Source: Promethearchaeia archaeon (GTDB taxonomy: Archaea > Asgardarchaeota > Lokiarchaeia > Sigyniarchaeales > SOKP01). Taken from it: a DNA stretch of 64,000 nucleotides. Position 1 is the first letter of the stretch, and the number at the start of each line of letters is the position of its first letter. Position numbers and translations under genes: made by a program. The stretch spans positions 22,638-86,637 of the forward strand of contig JAWOCD010000110.1 of assembly GCA_046483985.1 (NCBI GenBank), read 5' to 3'. Positions 46,651 through 55,313 of this stretch are shown here, piece after piece. The notes beneath the pieces are model-generated. The model was given only the letters and a program-made list of their open reading frames with translations, did no database searches and was not told the DNA's origin.

Positions 46651-47367
46651 ATGAAAGAAAATAGATTACTTAACGAATTTCAAGGCACTATAAAATCTGA
46701 ATGGAACAGTGCTGTGATTAACGAAGAATATTCTCCAATAAACCCCCGGGAATTGTTCGAATTAGCATATGATACCGCCAATAGCGTTCCGAACCGTAAT
46801 ATTTCGATGAGAATCTCCCAAGATGAAGATAAAGGAGGTCATTTTGTCATCTTATATCATTCAAAAAAGAAAATGTTTATCCATATCCAAGCTTTGGATG
46901 ATCATCTGCGAGTGGCAATTTATACTAAAGATGACAAATGTAAAGAGAAGAAAGCAGAGATTCAGAGAAAGATCTCCGAACGAAAGGAAAAATTTGCAAA
47001 GAAGGATAAAAAAATCAAATCGCAACTCCTCAAAATTATTCTGGTGGAAAGAAAAATTGACGAAGCGGTGAATTTAGTGATGCTTCGTGATATTAGTCGG
47101 AAAGTCTATTTTGCAATTGGTGATGCTCGCGAATCCGCCGCAGTTGTCCCTCTTTTTATGGAAGCAGATGGTGCCTCCTTGGTTCAACTGGCATTGAATA
47201 AGTGGATGACTGCAGCTCAAAGATTACCGCCAGAAAAAGATTTCCCCGATGACCACGTAAAAGGCCTCATCAAAAATATGATGCAGATCAAAAGATGGGT
47301 TTTGAAATTAATAGATAGATTGATCTTGGAAGAAAATCTTACCAGCGAAGGCGGTAATAAGGATTAA
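46651..47367 (+). CDS. hypothetical protein
   Basis: 238-aa ORF with reasonable composition. No recognised motif. Confidence 0.4.
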   Translation: MKENRLLNEFQGTIKSEWNSAVINEEYSPINPRELFELAYDTANSVPNRNISMRISQDEDKGGHFVILYHSKKKMFIHIQALDDHLRVAIYTKDDKCKEKKAEIQRKISERKEKFAKKDKKIKSQLLKIILVERKIDEAVNLVMLRDISRKVYFAIGDARESAAVVPLFMEADGASLVQLALNKWMTAAQRLPPEKDFPDDHVKGLIKNMMQIKRWVLKLIDRLILEENLTSEGGNKD

Positions 47368-47568
47368 AGAGTTAAACCCATATTTTTTTAATGAATTAGC
47401 CCTTCACGTATTTCAATAATCGCGTAAGTCGTTCAACTAAGCTGTTAAAAATAATGGGGACATATTTCAGCCAATTTTTCCTTAAGGTTCATAAAATATT
47501 TATTTTTTCTTATTTTCTTCTTCATTCTACGGGATCTAAATATTATTTCTAATTTCCTAAGAGGTCCT

Positions 47569-47610
47569 TGAACTACCACCCCCTAAAGGCCTTGAATTCA
47601 TACTCCCTAA
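47569..47610 (-). mobile_element. about 42-nt relic resembling the 3' end of an IS200/IS605-family tnpB element (second copy)
   Basis: The reverse complement ttagggagtatgaattcaaggcctttagggggtggtagttcaa is similar to 18934-18977 (about 80 percent identical by eye, with one indel). Confidence 0.35.
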
Positions 47611-47802
47611 TAGACAATATAAGTTGGTTAAAACGTAAAATTAATCTCCTCTCTAAAGAATGGAGTTTTCTTTTGCTTTTTTGATAAAAAAATTTTTATT
47701 CTTTTGTGTGTTTTGATTGAATATAGAAGATTTTAATACAAAATTGGTATAATGTCATATAGGGGATTTTTCCCTTAAAATAATGGATTATATCAATGCA
47801 GT

Positions 47803-47957
47803 GGTCCCGTTGCTTAGCTTGGTTAACATGCCCAGGTTTTTGAGCTTGGTCAACAAGCGCAGGTCTTATAAATGGCCCGCGGACATACAAAGAAACCAAA
47901 TAAGTGTCCGTGTTCAGTAAAAACCTGAGATCCCGGGTTCAAATCCCGGCGGGACCA
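47803..47957 (+). tRNA. intron-containing tRNA, apparent anticodon TAT (Ile-UAU), with two predicted introns (D-loop and canonical 37/38)
   Basis: Acceptor GGTCCCG / CGGGACC + A73 and T-arm CCGGG-TTCAAAT-CCCGG. Anticodon stem CAGGT / ACCTG with loop CTTATA|A interrupted by about 51 nt. D-arm GCTT..AAGC is reconstituted only after removing about 27 nt flanked by the AGCTTGGT direct repeat. Confidence 0.6.
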
Positions 47958-48147
47958 TGTTCTTTCTTTTCTTTTGGTAACAAAGCATTTCGATGTAATT
48001 TTTTACCAATGATTAGAAATTTTAAGGAATAAAATCAACTAAATAATAATAACTAAAAAAATTTAATAGTACTGGGTTGTATAAAGTTAGTATAAATACT
48101 ATTAAAAAACATACTTAAATTTACTAACATTTAATAAGTGACTATTT

Positions 48148-48573
48148 ATGGCAGAGGATGAGATGATATTAACACTTTTGAAGAATATCTATAGTCGCAT
48201 TGCTCAACTTGGTAAGGCAATTCAAGGGCTAAAGACCACGTTGGATGAATTAAATCAAACCATTGAAGATAAAACAGGTCAATTATCGAATAAATTAACT
48301 GAGTTTTCTGAAGAAATCGAAATCACACAGACCAAGCATCAGAAAACCATCTCAAAAATTGGTGAAGGAGCCACGAGAGAAATGGAAAAATTACAATCAA
48401 GCTTGGGATTAGATGCATTTGAAGGATTAGTGGAAAATCTGGAAAACTTTACGGAAATTGCGGGAGATGTCTTAAACCAAGATACGGTGAATCTCCTATT
48501 ATCTGAAACCATTGACTCTGTCAAGACTTTAAAGGAGTCTGTTATGCAACCGGAAGAAGAACAAATAGAATAA
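48148..48573 (+). CDS. hypothetical coiled-coil protein (paralog of 48616-49029)
   Basis: 141 aa, heptad-rich. LGKAIQGLKTTLDELNQTIED..EEIE parallels LEGTIAQINKMNESIKQLNQNFSEEI of the next ORF. Confidence 0.4.
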   Translation: MAEDEMILTLLKNIYSRIAQLGKAIQGLKTTLDELNQTIEDKTGQLSNKLTEFSEEIEITQTKHQKTISKIGEGATREMEKLQSSLGLDAFEGLVENLENFTEIAGDVLNQDTVNLLLSETIDSVKTLKESVMQPEEEQIE

Positions 48574-48615
48574 ATGTTTTTTAAAAAAATAATACATAAT
48601 ATATGAGGTTTTTTC

Positions 48616-49029
48616 ATGTCAAATATCGATGATTCAGCACGAGAAATGATTCAAAATATCTCAAATTCATTAGAAGGAACGATTGCACAAATTAATAAAA
48701 TGAATGAATCAATTAAACAATTAAATCAAAATTTTTCTGAGGAGATTGTAAAACTAGAGGAAAATGTTCGATTAATCGTTGAGGTCTTGAAACAATTTAG
48801 AGTAAATTCAAGCCGTAGTATCCAAGAACTTGTTGATGATATAAATGATAAAATAAATGAATTACATGAGAAAAAGGCGGTGGAAGCCATCTTAGAGGAG
48901 GAAAAAGAGGCAATCTCCAAAATCAAGGAAGCAGAACGAGCAGTTGGTAATAATTTGTATTACGCTCAGCTACTCACCATTATTCAGTCAATTAGAGAGG
49001 AAACCAATAGAATAAGAAGAAATTTGTAA
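48616..49029 (+). CDS. hypothetical coiled-coil protein (paralog of 48148-48573)
   Basis: 137 aa with the same architecture and N-terminal motif as the upstream ORF. Confidence 0.4.
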   Translation: MSNIDDSAREMIQNISNSLEGTIAQINKMNESIKQLNQNFSEEIVKLEENVRLIVEVLKQFRVNSSRSIQELVDDINDKINELHEKKAVEAILEEEKEAISKIKEAERAVGNNLYYAQLLTIIQSIREETNRIRRNL

Positions 49030-49107
49030 AATATTTAACATTTTTAATCATTTAATAAATTTAAATAAAATTACTAAAATACAATAAATAATTAAGGAGA
49101 AAAATCT

Positions 49108-50007
49108 ATGCCAGCGGGTACTTTTGTCATTTTATTACCAAAAGATAGGGATTATGAAGTATTGGGAACGTATTATAAAGAGAAATTAGAAGAGCAAGAT
49201 TTCCAAATTTCAAGCAACCTTTTTTTACGTTTGAATTTGAATCACGATAAAAACGAATTTAGTCTTATAAAATTAAAAGATCTAAATCTTGTTTCATACC
49301 TTCATCACTTTGAGGGAAAATTAACGAGGAAATATAACGGTTTTATCCTGGGGCTATTAATTGAAGAAGAGAACCCAGAAAAATATCGAACGGGTTTAAA
49401 GAATACTGCAAAGGCATTAGCAAGTAAAGATATTTTGGACTATTCTGAACAAGAGTTTAATGTTTTATTAAAAAAAACATACCAACAAAATCTTGAAAAA
49501 AGTTCCGATCGGTTGGAAGCAGACCAGATTAAGGAAAGTGTCATTAATAAAACTAAGGATATGTTAGGGGGCGGCAAAAAAGAAAGAAAAATCGCCCAAG
49601 AGTTATTGGAAAAAATAGAAGATGATCTACATTTAAGAGTTTCAAAATATTATAATTCTGCTGAACAATCAGTAAAAAAGAAAGATTATGGTAAAGCGGC
49701 AAAATTATACAAAAAAGCTGCAGAAGGGGCAGAAGAACTACGTGAAGAAGATTTAAAAAAAACATTCTTTGAAAAGGCAGAAAATGCAAAAAGAGTACCG
49801 GAAATGATAGAAGAGAGAGACGATGCGATTGAGGAAGCAAGGGATAATTTGAGGGATGAGGATTTTAATGCAGCATCTCAGTGGTATAAGAAAGCAAGTA
49901 AAATTTCTAAGGAATTAATGCAAACTGAAAAGGAAGAAGAATATAGACTTAAAGCAAAAGCTTTGCAAGATTTTTATCGCGTGGATCAACGTTTTAAGAA
50001 TGAGTAG
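49108..50007 (+). CDS. hypothetical protein: alpha/beta N-domain (possibly longin/roadblock-like) + MIT/TPR-like helical repeats
   Basis: The N-domain MPAGTFVILLPKDRDYEVLGTYY...FSLIKLKDLNLVSYLHHF is paralogous to the ORF at 63785. The C-terminal repeats are KKKDYGKAAKLYKKAAEGAEEL and DEDFNAASQWYKKASKISKEL. Confidence 0.4.
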   Translation: MPAGTFVILLPKDRDYEVLGTYYKEKLEEQDFQISSNLFLRLNLNHDKNEFSLIKLKDLNLVSYLHHFEGKLTRKYNGFILGLLIEEENPEKYRTGLKNTAKALASKDILDYSEQEFNVLLKKTYQQNLEKSSDRLEADQIKESVINKTKDMLGGGKKERKIAQELLEKIEDDLHLRVSKYYNSAEQSVKKKDYGKAAKLYKKAAEGAEELREEDLKKTFFEKAENAKRVPEMIEERDDAIEEARDNLRDEDFNAASQWYKKASKISKELMQTEKEEEYRLKAKALQDFYRVDQRFKNE

Positions 50008-50023
50008 TTAATGAGGCTACATT

Positions 50024-50860
50024 ATGTCAAACCAAGACCCAATTGTTGGGATAATTACGGACTTTGGCGAAAAGGGGGCTCATTACGTTGCCAGTATGAA
50101 GGGTGTTATGCTTAGTTTATCAAAAGAAATTAAAATAATCGATATTTCTCACGATATTACCCCATTTTCCATTCTTGAAACATCTTATTTTATTTTTACC
50201 ACATATAAATATTTTCCACCTAAATCTGCGTTTTTAATTGTTGTAGACCCTGGGGTGGGAAGTTCAAGGAAGATTTTAGCGCTTGAAACTGACTCAATGC
50301 ATTATTTTGTGGGACCAGATAATGGAATATTTACCCATTTACTATCTTCAAATGTCATTCGAACAGCTGTTTCGGTTGAGAATAAGGAATATTTTCGAGA
50401 TAAGGTTTCCCAGACATTTCATGGCAGAGATATTATGGCGCCTGTTTCAGCATATCTTGCATCAGGAATTGAACTGGATCAGCTAGGTCCCGAAATACCG
50501 CTTAAAGATCTCCATCAACTTTCAATTATATCTCATTATCGCCAAAAATCAAGGCAAATCGAGGGGATGATCCAACATATTGATTCTTTTGGGACTGCTA
50601 CGACTAATATTAAGATGGATGATGAATTTAAAATTGAGAATACTTCAATCCAAATAAAACCATCCTCGGAGATTACTCTTATTTACGAGAACAAGGAATA
50701 TTCAGCTAACTTTAGCTCTCATTTTTCAGAGGTTGACCTTGGCGAATTACTGTTCTTACAAGGATCATATGGATATTTGGAGATTGCAAAAAATCAAGGA
50801 AACGCTGCTGCTGAGATCGGACTTAGCGTAGGAGACCACATTATCTTGGATTTAAAATGA
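50024..50860 (+). CDS. SAM hydroxide adenosyltransferase / SAM hydrolase (DUF62, fluorinase-chlorinase family)
   Basis: GIITDFGEKGAHYVASMKGVM, VVDPGVGSSRK, VGPDNGIFT and FHGRDIMAPVSAYLASG. Confidence 0.8.
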   Translation: MSNQDPIVGIITDFGEKGAHYVASMKGVMLSLSKEIKIIDISHDITPFSILETSYFIFTTYKYFPPKSAFLIVVDPGVGSSRKILALETDSMHYFVGPDNGIFTHLLSSNVIRTAVSVENKEYFRDKVSQTFHGRDIMAPVSAYLASGIELDQLGPEIPLKDLHQLSIISHYRQKSRQIEGMIQHIDSFGTATTNIKMDDEFKIENTSIQIKPSSEITLIYENKEYSANFSSHFSEVDLGELLFLQGSYGYLEIAKNQGNAAAEIGLSVGDHIILDLK

Positions 50861-50872
50861 GGAGAGTTACTT

Positions 50873-52012
50873 ATGAAGGAAGAAATATTAGCATGTATAA
50901 AGAAGGGGGATGTGAAATACTTAGAATCGGGGCAAGTGAGCAAATACATTTTTCCCATGGAACGGAAAAAAGCGCATGAAAACTCTGTGAGTCATTTAAT
51001 TGTAAGAATCTTCATAGTGACCTACCAAAATGATGATATCTTGTATTTAGTTCAAAAGCGTGGGGACCAAAAGAAAAGTTACCCAGGATATTATACCGAT
51101 TCTGCTTCGGGTCATGTAGAATATCAAGAAGGGCTTGATATGCATGCTATTAAAAATAATGCTCTCAGGGAATTAAAAGAAGAATTTGGGATAACTAAAG
51201 AGAATCTGACTGCATTGAAGTTTTACGATTTACAATATGAGAAAGATCCGTTTTCCCAAGAAATTGCCTATATTTTCTTCGGATTGGTGAATCCGGACGT
51301 TAAGCCAAAACCAGATCCCTCAGAATTAAACCCAGAGAAGAGCATATTCTATACAGAATCCCAGTTAAGAGAAATTTTGCAAAAAAAGCACCTAGTAGAT
51401 TATTCAGAAGAAATTTGGAACGATCTCTTGGAAATGGATATTAAATCTTTTTTTGAAGAAGAAGAACTTGTAAATACAGAGAACCGCCAAGCAACCGCTT
51501 TATTTTTGGGGAGATTCCAGCCGCTGCATAAAGGACATCTTTTTGTTATTAAAACACTTGCCGAAAAGTACCATTCGCTCAAAATTGGAATAGGAAGTTC
51601 CCAGTTCTCTCATACACAACATAATCCGTTCACTAAATATGAACGCAAACAATTTCTTAAAGAGTGTCTGGAGAAGCTAGGCATTTCTGAAGAGAGATAT
51701 CACATCTATTTTATTCCAGATCTTTTTAACGCGAAAAAATGGGTGGATAAGGTCATAAATATTGTAGGAAATTTTGATATCGTGGTTTCGAATAGCGATT
51801 GGGTGAGATCGCTCTTTGAACAAAAAGAATACTCGCTTGCGGATAAGATTTTATTTAAAAAAGAAATCTACAATGGCACGAGAATCCGTAAACTTATTAT
51901 TAATAAAGAAAAACAATGGAAAGAACTTGTTCCTCAATGTGTTCTGGATTTAATTAAAAAATACCAAGGAGTAGAACGAATTCGGTCCGATTATCGGGTA
52001 GAAAAAATTTGA
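50873..52012 (+). CDS. Nudix hydrolase - nicotinamide-nucleotide adenylyltransferase (archaeal NMNAT) fusion protein
   Basis: N-terminal half has the Nudix box SASGHVEYQEGLDMHAIKNNALRELKEEFGI. The C-terminal half has ALFLGRFQPLHKGHLFVIK (H/TxGH nucleotidyltransferase motif) and GTRIRKLI. Confidence 0.75.
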   Translation: MKEEILACIKKGDVKYLESGQVSKYIFPMERKKAHENSVSHLIVRIFIVTYQNDDILYLVQKRGDQKKSYPGYYTDSASGHVEYQEGLDMHAIKNNALRELKEEFGITKENLTALKFYDLQYEKDPFSQEIAYIFFGLVNPDVKPKPDPSELNPEKSIFYTESQLREILQKKHLVDYSEEIWNDLLEMDIKSFFEEEELVNTENRQATALFLGRFQPLHKGHLFVIKTLAEKYHSLKIGIGSSQFSHTQHNPFTKYERKQFLKECLEKLGISEERYHIYFIPDLFNAKKWVDKVINIVGNFDIVVSNSDWVRSLFEQKEYSLADKILFKKEIYNGTRIRKLIINKEKQWKELVPQCVLDLIKKYQGVERIRSDYRVEKI

Positions 52013-52157
52013 ACCACCACGCATTCACCGTAGTCCCTACGGCAGATTCATTATGAGTAAGGAACTTGATAGTATTTTCTCCTAATTGCTTTTTGATATT
52101 TTTGGACGCATTTCCATCTCTATTATGATGCGCATTACAAGTAGGAAAACCCTTTTT
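52011..52157 (-). pseudogene. truncated C-terminal remnant of an IS200/IS605-family TnpB (OrfB) gene
   Basis: The minus-strand frame reads *KKGFPTCNAHHNRDGNASKNIKKQLGENTIKFLTHNESAVGTTVNAWWF. C..H.NRD.NAS.NI matches the last zinc-finger/RuvC-III motif (C..C....D.NAA.NI) of TnpB. There is a stop codon immediately upstream, so only about 45 codons remain. Confidence 0.5.
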
Positions 52158-52162
52158 CTATA

Positions 52163-53446
52163 CTAAATCATTTTAAATAGTTGTCTTAATGCCAGTGACA
52201 TAATGTACTGTTGGATTTGCCTGGTCCCACCACCAATTTCTTGTATTCTTGAAATCCCTAATAGGTCTTCCATTAATGTATTATCGCAAACTCCTGCTCC
52301 CCCCATGAGATTTGCACATTCATAACATGTCCGTTCGGTCAGCTTTGAACTTTGATACTTTAACTGAGATGCCGTCACTCCTAATGCAAGATTCACTTTT
52401 TTTGGCGGTGCGCCATCAAACTTCTCGAGCTTTTTATCAACAATTTCACATAAATGTAAGGTAGCCAGAGTTACAGTCATTACCCTTGACCACATCTCGG
52501 CGAGAGTGAAACCGACCCCTTGAAATTTTAATATTTCTTGATCAAATTGCTTTCGCATATTGACGTATATATTTGCATGGGTAAGCGCATTCCATGCTTC
52601 CGCCAAATTTAAAATGACGATTCCCAACCGCTCTAAATTTAACCCTTCAAATAATAGTTCTTTCCCTTCTCCTGGCTCCCCTAATATATATTCTTCTGGG
52701 ATCCTTAAATCATTAAATGTTTCTTTTCCGATATATATCCGTGGAGTCCAGGGGATATTAACTCTTTGTATGTTCCATCCATCCCATTCGGTATTAACTA
52801 AAAATTGCGCCATTTGATTTGAAGAATCTCTTTCTGTAGTTGCATATACAATAGCCCAATCCGATTTTGGACCATTGGTCTGATAAATTTTTGTCCCATT
52901 CAGAGTAAAACTCCCATCCTTATCTTGTTCGCATAAAGTAGTCATGTGAACGGCATCAGAGCCCCGATCTGGCTCCGTTATACAGACGCATCCAACTTTC
53001 TTACCTGTGACTAAGTCTTTAAGTGCTTCCAATCGCACGGGAACATTTTCATGATGGAGAGTTAGTGGATTTATCGCTAATACAGTTGCTCCCATTCCCA
53101 TTGCTAATTGAGGATCAAAGAAATCGGTGGCCATTACCCGTGCAAACTCTGCCATCATCCCGTAATGCTCATAATTGATATCTATCACCTCAAACCTATT
53201 TATATGCGTAATTAGCCCTTCTTTTCCAAAGTCTGGAATCCATTCGTAAAAATCTTCAGAATGATCAATATTATTCTTTTTTTCATAGTTTGTATAGAAT
53301 TTCTGAATTGATTTTAAAAAGTTCATATCCTTTGGCTTCAAGATCTTCATTAAATTATTGTTAAGAAACTTATAACGGTTCTTTAAACTCATCTTTTGTA
53401 AAATTTCACTATTAATGCATTGTACATCTCCTTCTTTTCCGGTCAT
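52163..53446 (-). CDS. acyl-CoA dehydrogenase family protein
   Basis: CVCITEPDRGSDAVHMTT, G.KIYQTNGP and C-terminal IQEIGGGTRQIQ (ACAD signature region). Confidence 0.8.
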   Translation of the reverse strand: MTGKEGDVQCINSEILQKMSLKNRYKFLNNNLMKILKPKDMNFLKSIQKFYTNYEKKNNIDHSEDFYEWIPDFGKEGLITHINRFEVIDINYEHYGMMAEFARVMATDFFDPQLAMGMGATVLAINPLTLHHENVPVRLEALKDLVTGKKVGCVCITEPDRGSDAVHMTTLCEQDKDGSFTLNGTKIYQTNGPKSDWAIVYATTERDSSNQMAQFLVNTEWDGWNIQRVNIPWTPRIYIGKETFNDLRIPEEYILGEPGEGKELLFEGLNLERLGIVILNLAEAWNALTHANIYVNMRKQFDQEILKFQGVGFTLAEMWSRVMTVTLATLHLCEIVDKKLEKFDGAPPKKVNLALGVTASQLKYQSSKLTERTCYECANLMGGAGVCDNTLMEDLLGISRIQEIGGGTRQIQQYIMSLALRQLFKMI

Positions 53447-53565
53447 GAAATTCCCTCTGTAGATTGAATTCTTTTATTTAGGTTGGAATACTAATTATTA
53501 TTACGATCATATATAAAATATTTAGCAATTAGATTTTTTTTCATGGATTCATTTTAAGGATTGGT

Positions 53566-54621
53566 ATGGATTTTTTAGAGATTGACGGCTCATTCGGGGA
53601 AGGAGGGGGCTCTATTTTACGATTAAGCTCAGCATTTTCATTATTATTTGAAATTCCTGTTCATATTACCAATATCCGTGCAAACCGTTCAAAACCTGGA
53701 CTCAGATTACAACATTTACTTGGTCTGAAAACATTGGCTGAATTGACTCATAGTGAACTCAGTGAGTGTCAAGTTGGTACTCAAGAGATCACGTTAATAC
53801 CCCATAAAAAGGAGATCAAGAATAACATTAAAGTGGATATCCGAACTGCAGCTTCCATAGGTCTACTTCTTCAACCACTCCAAATCATGACTTTAGGATT
53901 AAATTCGGATGAAATAACGATAAAATTGAACGGTGGAGGGACTTACGGAAAATGGGCACCGAGCGTCAATTATTTAAATAAAGTAACTTATAGAATTTTT
54001 AAATATAGCGGCCTTGATATTAACATAGATATAAAAAAGCATGGATTTTACCCAAAAGGGGGTGCGCGTTCCCTTTGTACTATAAATCCGCCAAACCAGA
54101 AGAAGTTAAACCCGATTGACATTACGGAATTAGGAAATCTCTCCCAACTTCAAGGAAAAATTATTGTCACCAAACACCTTCAAGGCAGAAAAATTCCAGA
54201 GAGGATAAAACGCTCATTTCACAAAGAAATCAATAAAAATCTTTCAATAGATACTAATATCTCCCATAAATATGTGGATTCGCTGAGTCCGGGGGTAGGA
54301 TTAGAAATCTGGTCAAAATCCGATACAGGAGCTATTATCTCATCGGGCACTATCATCGGTGAAAAACATATTTCTTCCGAACAGCTGGGAAAAATGGCTG
54401 CAGGAAAGATTTTGCAGTATATCGAGCATAATATCCCAGTGGATAATTATTTGTCAGATCAGTTAATTCCGTTAATGGCATACATTGATGGCACATCGAA
54501 GATTAAGGTTCAGGAACTAAACAGTCATACCAAGACGAACTTAAAATTATTAGAGAAATTTGTCGAGAGAGAATACCATGTCCAAGAACTTGACACGGGT
54601 TTTATCATCGAGTATGTATAA
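53566..54621 (+). CDS. rtcA: RNA 3'-terminal phosphate cyclase
   Basis: LEIDGSFGEGGGSILRLSSAFSLL, ITNIRANRSKPGLRLQHL and DQLIPLMA. Confidence 0.85.
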   Translation: MDFLEIDGSFGEGGGSILRLSSAFSLLFEIPVHITNIRANRSKPGLRLQHLLGLKTLAELTHSELSECQVGTQEITLIPHKKEIKNNIKVDIRTAASIGLLLQPLQIMTLGLNSDEITIKLNGGGTYGKWAPSVNYLNKVTYRIFKYSGLDINIDIKKHGFYPKGGARSLCTINPPNQKKLNPIDITELGNLSQLQGKIIVTKHLQGRKIPERIKRSFHKEINKNLSIDTNISHKYVDSLSPGVGLEIWSKSDTGAIISSGTIIGEKHISSEQLGKMAAGKILQYIEHNIPVDNYLSDQLIPLMAYIDGTSKIKVQELNSHTKTNLKLLEKFVEREYHVQELDTGFIIEYV

Positions 54622-54643
54622 TAACTTAAAGTGAGGATCAAAA

Positions 54644-55225
54644 GTGTCTGTCCCCAAATATATTCATGAGGTTTCCACTTGGCAAAAGGTTATCAAAATA
54701 ATCTCTCTCATAGTAGCGATTTTATCCCTTGGCTATTGGATTGTTCACGTGTTTATCCAGTTACCCGAGAATCCTTTTGAAATTTTTATCTATCCAGAAT
54801 TCTTTCTGTTTATTATAGCGATTTCCGTATATACTTTTCTTTATCTACGTGTCTGGAAAGAGAGGATCTATAACCTAGAGACGGACATATTTGAAACTAT
54901 TGCATACCGAAAAAAAACATCCATAAAAAATATCGCCCGAATCAAAAATTTGAAAGAACGTTACGTGCGTGCGATCTTAGAACGATTGATCAAACAGAAT
55001 AAGTTATTTGGGTCGATCAAGGATGGGCTATATATCTCTGATAGAACTATGAAACCTAGTTGCTCACTTTGTAATAAAGAAATCGAAGATCATCTCTTAA
55101 TGGTTCTGTGCCCCTACTGTAAGCGACCATTCCACAAGGATCATATTATTGACTATATTAATGATGTTGAGACAAAATGCCCAGAATGCAATACTCCTTT
55201 GAACATTTCCGATATTATAAGCTAA
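54644..55225 (+). CDS. membrane-anchored protein with winged-helix-like middle domain and C-terminal PHD/RING-spaced zinc finger
   Basis: Two N-terminal TM helices and a wHTH-like segment (IAYRKKTSIKNIARIKNLKERYVRAILERLIKQNKL). Then C-x2-C-x12-C-x2-C-x4-H-x2-H-x11-C-x2-C at 55061-55200. GTG start. Confidence 0.45.
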   Translation: MSVPKYIHEVSTWQKVIKIISLIVAILSLGYWIVHVFIQLPENPFEIFIYPEFFLFIIAISVYTFLYLRVWKERIYNLETDIFETIAYRKKTSIKNIARIKNLKERYVRAILERLIKQNKLFGSIKDGLYISDRTMKPSCSLCNKEIEDHLLMVLCPYCKRPFHKDHIIDYINDVETKCPECNTPLNISDIIS

Positions 55226-55313
55226 AGAAAATCATTTTCCACCACATACCAATAAAAATATATAAAATTTAATGAATAATAATATATAATAAAAAATAGC
55301 TCTTTGAAAAAAA

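Noticed and set aside
47696-47899. 67-aa ORF on the minus strand in the ORF track
   Set aside because: It overlaps the 5' exon, first intron and anticodon region of the intron-containing tRNA (47803-47957) and has no protein-like features. It is most likely spurious.
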